A DNA stretch of 38,883 nt, from positions 1 to 38,883 of the forward strand of contig KZ538960.1 of NCBI GenBank assembly GCA_000934665.2. Reading direction: 5' to 3'. The stretch comes from Catajapyx aquilonaris (Eukaryota). The position numbers and the translations under genes were made by a program. The notes under the pieces were generated by a model. The model saw nothing but the letters and a program-made list of their open reading frames with translations. It was not told where the DNA came from and searched no databases. This document shows, piece after piece, positions 1-9,825 of this stretch; position 1 is the stretch's first letter; each line of letters starts with the position of its first letter.

Positions 1-175
1 CGAGGTCCCGCGACGTGGCGGCTATCCTGAGGCGAGCTCGCCAGCTTCTGGCGACCTAGCGGCAAGCTCGCGGCTAGGTTAAATTTCGGTAAGGGAAGTT
101 TTCTTCTCTAAAAAGCGACTTCAGCTTTTCCGCGATAATCCCGATAGAAAAACCCTTTCGTCTTTTTAATACTTA

Positions 176-300
176 GGGCCGGTTTCACCGAGCTTGGTAT
201 ATGATAAAACCAGGTTTCTTTAGGAAAATCCATACAAATAGATAGGGATTTTGAGAAACACCCTGGTTTTATCATATACTGAGCTCGGTGAAACCGGCCC
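176..300. mobile_element. PIF/Harbinger-type (Tourist-like) MITE, 125 bp
   Basis: ~39-bp terminal inverted repeats (GGGCCGGTTTCACCGAGCT..., 2 mismatches) flanked by TTA at 173-175 and 301-303. Confidence 0.85.
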
Positions 301-355
301 TTAGTCACATAAAACTGGTTTACCTGCCCAGATCAAGACATATTTGGGTCTTTGC

Positions 356-357
<2 letters not shown>

Positions 358-426
<69 letters not shown>
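358..426. repeat. (AAT)n microsatellite, left part
   Basis: Uninterrupted AAT run. Confidence 0.95.
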
Positions 427-427
<1 letters not shown>

Positions 428-428
<1 letters not shown>

Positions 429-608
429 AGTGGCATCCGGATATAACATACTTTCGGTTATAACATACTCGAAAGGCCGTTCCTGGCATACTTCCACAGG
501 CCTATATGGTTTATTGTGTGTATTCGGCTGTAACAGACCTATAGGTTATAGGCTTATAGCATACTGATTTCCGCGGTCCCTTTAAGTCTGTTATATCCGG
601 ATTCCACT

Positions 609-609
<1 letters not shown>
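428..609. mobile_element. pogo/Tigger-type (Tc1/mariner superfamily) MITE, 182 bp
   Basis: 21-bp TIRs CAGTGG(C/A)ATCCGGATATAACA with 1 mismatch; TA at 426-427 and 610-611; TIR and subterminal sequence resemble the element at 8625-9159. Confidence 0.85.

Positions 610-610
<1 letters not shown>

Positions 611-675
<65 letters not shown>
611..675. repeat. (AAT)n microsatellite, right part
   Basis: Uninterrupted AAT run resuming directly after the MITE. Confidence 0.95.
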
Positions 676-677
<2 letters not shown>

Positions 678-1032
678 TTGCATAAATGTCGAATAGCGTT
701 TATCCTTCGTATCATCATCGTCGTCATCGTCATTATTGCCAGTAACAGTCAAGCGCACGTACTGTATACTATAGTGGGTAGAATTTTCGTCCCACTGCAA
801 GTTACTGCTAACTTAGCAGTGTTGGCTTTGGTACGGCTAACTTAGGAGTTTTTTTTTGTGTGTGTCTAGTAGTGGGACGAAAATTCGACACATTATTTTT
901 TGTATGACGCGCTTTTACCGATAGTATCGAAAGATATAATCGGTATCGTCTAAGATAATGATCGATTGGCAGTGTATCGCAATCGTCCCCTTTAAAAATG
1001 GCGCCATCTTTTCGGTGACCGGATTTTTTTAA

Positions 1033-3348
1033 ATGGAACGTCGTCCAGACATGTCCGGTCTGTCCGAGCTGTCCAACTCGCTGCAGGAGCTGAAGCTGAA
1101 GGAGGATCCGTCGGATCCACGTCGACTGGCGGACCTCATGAGGTGGGGGATGGGCCTGGTGGAAGAAGCCTTGCAGAAGGGAGGGTTAGTGAACTCATCA
1201 TATGGAATGTTCTAAACGAGTTCGAAATGAATTCTAAATAGGGAGAAGAATTAATTCTCATTGTTTTATGGCAGCCTGGATGTGGACACGGCGGTGGAGC
1301 ATCGGAGGAGAGTCCTGGATGAGTATGGGCAGGTCATGGATTCCAGGATTGGAGTCGACAACTACTGGGAAGGGGCTAAGACTCTGGCTGCGCAGGCCAA
1401 AAACGGTACAGATTTTCAGAAGGGTTTCAGAATTTATCTCATATTGTTAAGTAAATTTTGTGAACATTCACTCCCACTCACACCTATACAGTTCGGTGCT
1501 TTCGTGACGGTAGGGAAAACGCACGATGGCTTACATAAAGCTTTCATTGACAGTGAGATGTAATTTATTTTGCAGAGAGCCAGACGTGGACATCAAAGTT
1601 GACATCAATCAAGACAAGTTCCGACCCACAACGGTCAGAAAATTCCACCATCTTGCACGATCTTTTTAGTGACGAGCCGGACTTTAGTGATGTTACATAC
1701 CGTCCAGATCCAGCGCCGCAAGCGCCGCCACCGCCACCACCTAGGGCAATAATTAGGCCACCTGTAGCTGTGCAAAAAATGGCTCCATTTGGTAGTTACG
1801 CCAAATCTCGTTCCCAGGCCAGCTACCAGCCACCAGCATCGTTCAGATCTCAGCATCCAGTACACCCAGAACCAGAAGTTGAGAAACCAATTCATTTCCA
1901 ATCTGCAAGCAGTGTGCTGAAAGTATACATTTTTGCTGTACTATATGATTGTACTGAATTCCAGAGTTTACCTGATGATTCCGTTATTTAGGCACAGATG
2001 CAGCGCAAGAGACAGAATGGTGGTGCTGGGTCTTCAGGTGCATCCTCATACAATTTATCCCCTCCCTCCAAGAAATCCTTGGGTACCACTGGACGTGGTC
2101 CCTCCTCCAAGTTTGTACCGCCTTGGAAATCCAACCAGGAGCAGCAGCCTCAGTCGTCGCAGCCCTGTGCTGCATCTGGCTCAGAATCCAGCGGTGATGG
2201 CTTTTTGAGCAGTATCGACCCCAAGTTGGTGGAGATGATTACTAACGAGATAATGGATCGAGGTCCGCCTGTCACCTGGGACGATATCGCTGGGCTTGAG
2301 TTTGCCAAAACAACCGTCATTGAGATTGTGGTATTGCCCATGGTCAGGCCTGACCTTTTCAATGGCCTCAGGCAGCCTCCGAAGGGCTTGCTTCTGTTTG
2401 GGCCACCTGGAACTGGAAAGACACTAATCGGTGAATCTTCTTTTTGCACTCTAATAATTAGATTGTGATTTTTACAGGAATTTTTATTGCGTTTTGTATT
2501 TGTCAATTAACTTGGTTCATGAGATTCAGACACATTACACTTCCTTGCAGGTAAGTGTATTGCATCTCAGTCCCAGGCAACATTCTTCAGCATCAGCGCA
2601 TCATCCCTGACCTCGAAGTGGGTTGGCGAAGGAGAGAAGCTGGTGCGTGCCTTGTTTGCTGTGGCACGAGATCGACAACCGTCAGTTATCTTCATAGACG
2701 AGATTGACTCGCTTTTGACCCAAAGGAGTGACACAGACCATGAGGGCTCACGAAGGATGAAGACAGAGTTCCTGGTCCAGCTGGACGGAGCCACTACTGA
2801 TGCTGCTGATAGAGTACTGGTTGTTGGAGCAACCAACCGTCCGCAGGAATTGGATGAAGCAGCTAGGCGCAGGTTGGTCGAATAAGACCTGTACGCTACA
2901 TATGATTTACTTCATTGACATTTGTTGCTTAATCAGGTTGGTCAAGAGATTGTACGTCCCCCTGCCTGAAGCCAATGCCAGGCAGCAGATAGTTACGAGG
3001 TTGTTATCCAGAGAGAAGCACAATTTAACCGAGGATGACCTGCAAAAAATATGCAGTGCAACTCATGGCTTCTCCGGAGCAGACATGACCAATTTGTGCA
3101 AAGATGCAGCTCTGGGGCCCATCAGGGACCTCCAACTAGGACAGATTCAGCACATATCAGCCAACGAGGTAAGCTGTAGTTTGACAATGCTTTGCCATCT
3201 TTGACGTCTCTCTTCACAGGTACGTCCAATTTCGTACACTGACTTTGAAGCTGCTTTGCGCCACAACAAGCCAAGTGTCTCTGAAAATGAGATTGACGCC
3301 TACATCGACTGGAACAAAAAGTTTGGTTGCTGCAGTAATTCATCTTAG
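1033..3348 (+). CDS. FIGNL1: Fidgetin-like protein 1 (AAA+ ATPase), ~583 aa, 7 coding exons
   Basis: Exons 1033-1184, 1275-1405, 1576-1922, 1992-2430, 2551-2872, 2937-3168, 3220-3348, all GT-AG and phase-compatible. Walker A GPPGTGKT, Walker [27 protein letters not shown]-terminal WNKKFG. FIGNL1-like features: N-terminal VDNY...TLA...W, FxxA (FQSA), [34 protein letters not shown]. Confidence 0.92.
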
Positions 3349-3897
3349 GAGTGTTTGTGGCTCTTTTTTTATTATTTCTTTATGCAAAAACATTGCAAAA
3401 ATTATATAGTTTTGTGGACCGAAAGTTGCCTTTCAATTCCGAGAAAATAGATGGGGGGCTATTAAAGTTCTTTTTTCTAGGTGACATCTGTTTAACTAGA
3501 CTACAACTTTACAGAGGGGTGGGGGGGAAAACATGCTTTTGATAAAATAAAGGGTGGTCGAAAAACATTGTCAAGGATTGCACACAAGTTCCGCAAATTC
3601 TTGACTAGAGAGTTTAAGAAGCATGATTGTGTTCACTATTCAAATAAAGTTGTGGTGAAACTACTGATAGAAAAGAGTAAAGCTACTCTAAGAAGGACTC
3701 ATCTTTAAAAAAAAACAAAATCTAAATAACATTTGTGAATTATTTGTGCCCCCTTGAGCAAAAAAAAACTAATCCTATTTGGTTTGAATTCATGCCGTGA
3801 AAATGGTATGAAAAAAAAAGTACAGTATGCACTCAGGAGCCATTGAACCTGCCGAGTGTCAAAGCCTTTTCCTGCTGCAGTTCTGATCTCTGCATAA

Positions 3898-4079
3898 AGG
3901 CCCATTCACACAGACCGTCGACGGTTTTGGTCTTTGGTCGCGCTGACGCCGTGGACCAATCATGACTCGTGTAAACAAGCGCAACACTTGTATTGCGCTT
4001 GTTTACATGAGTCATGATTGGTCCATGGCATCAACGCGACCAAAGACCAAAGCCGTCGACGGCCTGTGTGAATGGGCTT
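3898..4079. mobile_element. Palindromic PIF/Harbinger-type MITE, copy 1 (182 bp)
   Basis: Whole element is a near-perfect inverted repeat starting AGGCCCATTCACACAG; TAA at 3895-3897 and 4080-4082; related copy at 13461-13636. Confidence 0.9.
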
Positions 4080-4811
4080 TAACGTTAAAAGCATTGGTTC
4101 TTGGTAATGGTAATTCTTATCGTGATTCCATGGACAGGTTCTAGCGATTGTTGTCTTTTTTGCAGCTAAATTTTTTGGAACATGCAGTGTGTGAACTTGA
4201 GTATTCTAAGGCTCTCTAAATGTATTAAAGCAATCCTTTATCTGCATGAGGCAGGAGGGGGAAAACAGTGGCCAAAACAGACACTTTGTACTCTGTACCA
4301 TGTCATTATAAAAACCCTCACATATATATATCAATTTTTTCGTGAATCTTTAAAATAAACATGGTTTCAAACATTTAAAACCAACACTGAGATATAAGAA
4401 TGGCACTAAAAGAACGCTACAAACATTTTTTTAAGGAAATTCATAGGATCCCAAAAACTTATCACTCTCGTAACACTGGAGTGTCCATAGCACTTGGGTT
4501 GGTTTCATACTTTGAACTTGTTGGTGGTCCATTTTCACATGATTATGTGCATTTTGTAGGAGGGGTTCTTTAAACTTTTCCCGTTAAGAGAGAGCAACAT
4601 TTTTTTAAAAACCGGGTGCGATAAAAACAATTCTGTTCCACATCGAACCACCATTGCACCACATCTCATAACAGTTCTGGTGTCAAACCACCTCAGCTGT
4701 AACGAAGCTGATATCTTTACCGATCTTTCAAAAATAGCCTGTTTAAACGTCGAACTTTAAAAATTCCTCTCAAGCAAAAATGGTGCCCCCTACGCTTTAA
4801 AAAAAATCCAA

Positions 4812-5575
4812 TCACATGAGGCTGCACCACCTCCCCCATCCCCTCCCACCACCTCCGCCATCAGCATCTACTTCAACCGCTTCCACCTCCTCTCCCCTGC
4901 CACTTGCGGGATAGTGCTCCTCCCTCTCTACCCTGCTTGCACCTCCAGCCCTGTCCACCTCGTCATCCTCCAGTCTTCTGACGGAGACTGCCACTTTGTT
5001 GAGGCTCACCACCTTGGCTTCGTTTACCACCATGGCATTTCCTAACCTGCTGCTTCTCCTTGCGCTTCCCTCCCGCTTCTCTTGCTCGAACTTCGCCTTT
5101 GATGCTGGCGTTGGGGTGCTGGTGCGGGGCTGTGTTGAAGTCCTAGGGCGGCCTCTTGGGCGCGGTGGCGGGTCAGGCGTCTTTCGCTTCTTGGGTGGCG
5201 GAGGTGAGGGCCTAGTGCGCCCCCGACTCCGGCTGCGGCTCCTGGAACGCTTCTGGGGCGGCGGCGGCGGCTTCTTTGGCGCCGACTTGCGCTTCTTTGG
5301 TGGCTCCGACGAGGCGGATGAGGACTCGGAGTCGCTCTGATCGTACTTGACATTCTTACGGGCCTGCTGCCTCATGTTGCTAACCAGGAGCTTGGTTGCT
5401 GTCGTCTTGTGCGGCGGCGAGCTGCTACCTACAAAACATTTTGTGTGAATATTCCATATTCGACTCCTTCTCCTTTCGTACGATGCTTACCTGACTTGTT
5501 GGACTTGGCCGTGGATCTTGTGGGTGTCCTGGTCCGCATGCTGCGTCCGGTGGGTGTCTTCTTAGGGGACGGCAT
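4812..5575 (-). CDS. Uncharacterised basic, low-complexity protein with AT-hook, NLS-like motifs and C-terminal CaaX (CSLM), ~233 aa
   Basis: Coding exons 5575-5491 (ATG CCG TCC CCT AAG AAG..., donor CAG|GTAAGC, phase 1) and 5428-4812 (acceptor TTTGTAG) join in frame with the listed 187-aa ORF. Protein MPSPKKTPTGRS...PPKKRK...RSRSRSRSR...PPKKRK...PRPRGRPR...RRSSRL...GRWCSLM*. Further acceptor TTGTTTACAG at 5628 precedes the ATG. Confidence 0.75.
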
Positions 5576-5844
5576 CCTTGCTTAGTCCCCACTCGAACTT
5601 GTTCCAACTGCTCAATTCGAACACTTCCTGTAAACAAGTACGTTTGAAACCATAGCAATAGAACACACTAAAAGAAAAAAAGAATATAAAAAAAACTGCG
5701 CGCGTCCTTCCCCCCCCCTCCCACTTCCTCCTTCCCTACATTTTTTCCCCCCCTTAACAACATTAGAACACTGTCCAAAAACCTACTGTTTGGATTCACG
5801 GGTGCGAACCCACTTGCCTAGTTGAGTGGATTGTGCAACGTTTG

Positions 5845-6130
5845 TTTTTCAAACTTCGCGACACTCCCCTGCCATTTTTGGGGGCTTTAGTTCGTTTACC
5901 TTTGGGCGGGAGCCAATCACACGGCGGGATCAGGAGACGCCATGTTTGTTCCGGGGAGGGGGGGAAGGAGGGGAGGGGGATAGGGGAGGGCGGGAAATTA
6001 TTTGGAACGTATCAATCCGCGCGTAACGGCTTTTTTTTCCGTGGTAACGTTTGAAGCAGGAGGCGGCCATATTGGAGCTCATGACCAATCAGTGTTGAGG
6101 ATTAAGATCACGTGACCATGCACGTGACCA
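5845..6130 (-). promoter_or_regulatory. Putative cell-cycle-type promoter of the CaaX gene
   Basis: On the minus strand: CHR-like TTTGAA (5853-5848) next to CGCGAA, E2F consensus TTTCCCGC (5997-5990). Also CCAAT boxes (5913, 6071 reverse, 6085) and two CACGTG E-boxes (6109, 6121). Motif matches only. Confidence 0.45.
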
Positions 6131-7349
6131 AACAGCTTTTAATAAAATAGCCAGAAACCGATCTGAAAATTATTAGTTAGAATCAGGTTTGTTGCATATT
6201 AATTTGTGTAAAATCTGCGGTTAGTCAGAAACGATAATATTGGCACAATTAGGGCTGTAAGGGCTGTACCGGGCTGTACTGTAATCAATGCATAATTTTT
6301 AAATTGGGACTTTGGGAGCCAATGAGCGCTGAACATGTGGAGTACTAACATGGCGGATTGTGCGTAGTTGTTATGTATCGTATCTAATTATTAGTGTCAT
6401 AATATTATGCGGAAATTGAAGCAAAAATTCCGATTTGCGCAATCATGTGGCGTCATTTCACGACGTCGATGAATTTTTGTAACATTTGGACCTAACATGG
6501 CGGCATGCAACTACAACATGTGGCCGCATGCTGTGGCCATACTTCTTCCAGAAACATTATTTTTAATACATGCATGTGGACATGCTCGTTTTGTTGTCGT
6601 GTACTGGCACTAAAGTTTTGAGTTACTGAGTGCGGGGCTGTTAGAACACTGCAAAATGAGGATGAAGATTGCGCCCCTTTTTGCGCTCTCAATCAAGTTC
6701 GCGCTATTTATTTTTTTTGGACCCGGGAAGGTAATTGAACAGGGTTGCCACATTGGCCATTTTGTTCGCATGCTCAAACGTTGTCATGTGCTTGTACAAA
6801 TTATTTTCATCTCAAAGAACGCCGTGATACTTGCCGTGATCACATCATGCGCACTGAATCTGCACGGTTAACTGTAAGTAGGTCAATAGGACGTCAATAG
6901 GTCAATCTGGCAACGTGGGTTAAACCCTGATGATGCGAGGGAAGCCTGTGATTGGTTGTTTTCAGAGGTCAAGGCGAATGCCGCGTTTTAAATCGGACCA
7001 ATCAGGATAGCTCAATTTTAAAATGTAATCAAGCTTTTTCTGATTGCAACGTACAGAAACGGTGAACTTATCAAGCACATAGTTGTTGTGTGTACTGTAA
7101 GTAATCCCTGGTATACAGTACATTGTCCAACATTTTTGCATTTGAAGCCGATTTGAAGTAATTTCGCTGGAGATGTGTGTGGCGCCACCTGAAACATGGC
7201 ATTCAAACTTAATATTTTTCAAATTCAACAAGTCCCAATTAGTGTTCATAGTACGCATGCGCTGGATACTGCAAGTCTTCCTACTATTTTTACAATGCGC
7301 ATGCGCCTTGTTCACTATAGTGACCACACGGTGAATGTTCAACTAATAA

Positions 7350-7392
7350 CCGTTTCCCGCCCGCCCAGATATCAACGTTTCGAATTTCAATT
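7350..7392 (+). promoter_or_regulatory. Putative promoter of the Ki-67-like gene (E2F + CHR-like)
   Basis: TTTCCCGCCC at 7353-7362 and TTCGAA at 7379-7384, followed by a CpG-rich stretch with candidate donors (7490, 7785) and an acceptor at 9770 ahead of the ATG at 9826. Confidence 0.4.
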
Positions 7393-8399
7393 ACATTTTT
7401 ATAGCACGTTATTGATAAAAAATGATATTACAGCCCTGGAAATAAACGGCCAGTTTCCTCCGTTGCTTGGAGGCGCCGGGGTGTAGCTGGTATCGTTTTT
7501 TAACGGCCGTATTTTGTTTTCCCCCCCCTCCCCGCCTTCCCCCTCTACCCCCCCCCCCTCCCAGTTGGCCAGTTCCGATTGTTGTTGCCGGATTCGCCGC
7601 CATTACCGAGCTGTGTTTGTCCCCCGCTAGAGGAGCGGGATCGGGTCGCCTTTTCGGATTACGAGAGGGTCTGTCGCCTCATCCTGTCTGTTCCCCTGCA
7701 TCTGGAGCTGGAGAGAGAGAAACCCAGGGCTCAAGCTGGGAGCCAGTAACAAGGGCGGGAAGGGAGAGGGGGGGGAAAAAAAGGGTGAGCATTGTTGCCA
7801 TGTTCCATAGGTTGGATTTCCTGGATAAGGCTGGGAAAAGTGGGCAGTTTGTACTAGTACTTGTGCTTAGAACATTAAGTGATTAGTTAGGGCAGACCAC
7901 TAGCGTAGGTAGCCAGTCGCATACACAATGTTGGAGCTGACTTTGGAACATTCCACTGAATTTGGTGACATGGGCACAGTTTGGCTCCAAATATGCATAT
8001 AATTTATTCCTGATCATGTTATTTCCTCGAAGAATGTTGGACATTAATCGCATCGTACTGCTAGCGACATTTTCCGAAGTGGCAGAAGAACAAATCGAAG
8101 CAATGGATAGGGCAAGCTGTGCTGCTTCGGAAAATGTCGGTAGCAGTATGACGCGATTAGTGTCCAACACTGTACACTGAATGCTGGTGATCGCAGAAGT
8201 AATCAAATCATGATTTGTATCAAAAGTGAAGCCCCAAATTAGCTACATTTCCCATGATAACCAAAAGTGCCCATGTCCCCAAAGAGCGAATCGCTGTCGC
8301 AGGGTTAATGAGTGTGGAGCCAGCATACTTAAGTATGGCTGTTTAATAGCATAGTTTCCATTAAAATTGAAAAAAATTGGCAATTATTACTGTTTAGAG

Positions 8400-9513
8400 C
8401 AGCGTTTCTCAACTGGGGTTGCTCGAGATATAGTGATGAATGGGCTAATCATGACACATGTAAGCGCCAGTCGCACCGAGAGTGGTATAAACCTGGCATT
8501 CTTTTGGAAAAGCCATACAAATTTGTATAGTTATTCCGAAAGAACGGCGGGTGTATCATATACCGCGCTCGGTGCTACCGGCCCTCTATGTACTTCTGGG
8601 TCGTTAATTGATAGGTCTATAATACAGTTGAATCCAGATATAACAGCCTCGGCTGTAACAGACTCTTCATTGTAACAGACTCAAAAGGCCAGTCCCGCCA
8701 TATTTCCATAAGGCCATGTGTATTTTACTCCTGATGTGACAGATCATTTTTTGGCCCCTCTGCGGTAAAATATGCTGTTTTTGATTACTCAGTTCCTTTC
8801 CCATGCGAGGGAAGCAGTGCATACTGGAGCGGGGATCATTTTCTTACCTGTCACTGTTCTAACACTTGCTGAAAATGTCAAAATCTTTCTTTTTCTGGTA
8901 TATTTGGCAAAGACAAGATGGCAGAAGGGAATGACGAATTTTTTTGGGGTGTTGCCTAAGTTATGGATGAGCTAATTTGGCATGTTTGTGGGTAGTTCTA
9001 GTTACATTAATCAGTATGCAGTATTGTGCATTATAAGCATATGAAAGCTGAAAACTTTGGGTGTTCATTGCAAGAGTGGCAATTTGGCTATAACCGACCT
9101 CAGTTATAACAGCCCGATTTCCTCAGTCCCTTGAAGTATGTTATATCCAGATTCAACTGTATAAATTTATGTCGGGGGTTCCCTGAGACCACCCCCCTGT
9201 TACTCCTACGAGGCTGGGGCTCAAATCCCGTCCCTGTCACCTCTGCTTGGCCGGGTCTGCTTTTTACCCGACATGCCCGGGTGGAATTGCACTCCCTACT
9301 CTGCCCAGGGCCAGGAGAAAAGGCCTGGTATTGAAAGAATGGGGGGNNNNNNNNNNNNNNNNGGGAGCGCCAGCACCAAATTCCCGCATGGTGGAGACTT
9401 ATATTAAACTCCCGTCAACACAGGGCTAGGCTGGAAGAATCAGGGGGCTGCCTGAAATTCTGCCCGAATATTATTTCAGGGTTCCGCAAGGGTAAAATGG
9501 TTGAGAAACGCTG
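8400..9513. mobile_element. Non-autonomous hAT (Charlie-like) element
   Basis: TIR CAGCGTTTCTCAAC / GTTGAGAAACGCTG and a perfect 8-bp TSD GTTTAGAG at 8392-8399 and 9514-9521; contains an N gap at 9347-9362. Confidence 0.88.
8625..9159. mobile_element. pogo/Tigger-type MITE nested in the hAT element, 535 bp
   Basis: 21-bp TIRs CAGTTGAATC(CA/TG)GATATAACA; TA at 8623-8624 and 9160-9161. Confidence 0.85.
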
Positions 9514-9663
9514 GTTTAGAGTGTTCCTAGGCAATTGTTCAATATATTGCCCCTTTTATAGGCGTAAGAGCAGCTTACAGAACAAGACTAAAGCGCAAGC
9601 ATTATGTAGAGGCAAGGTGTCATGAACAGTATGCCGTTTTTTTGCCCAGTGTGCATGCTGTAA

Positions 9664-9714
9664 AGGCCATTTCACAAAAAAAATGTCGCGCGACATTTTT
9701 TTGTGAAATGGCCT
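9664..9714. mobile_element. Minimal 51-bp palindromic Harbinger-type MITE
   Basis: AGGCCATTTCAC-A8-TGTCGC / GCGACA-T7-GTGAAATGGCCT, with TAA at 9661-9663 and 9715-9717. Confidence 0.75.
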
Positions 9715-9825
9715 TAATGCTTCAGAATTGTTCATCATGATTTTTGTTGAAGTAAATATTTTTGTTTCAGACTTGTCAGTCATCAAAAGATGAGCCCCAT
9801 CTAGACGTAAGCGGCAAAAGCAGTC

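Noticed and set aside
1..95. GC-rich stacked short hairpins at the window edge
   Set aside because: Truncated by the window; cannot distinguish a transposon end from chance structure.
301..800. Poly-N, poly-I and poly-Y ORFs
   Set aside because: Translations of the AAT microsatellites.
6918..8310. Possible piggyBac-type element ending ...CAGGG-TTAA near 8305
   Set aside because: No convincing matching left TIR with TTAA.
9790..9804. Four-codon upstream ORF (MSPI) before the Ki-67-like ATG
   Set aside because: Present, but such short uORFs arise by chance and there is no evidence of function.
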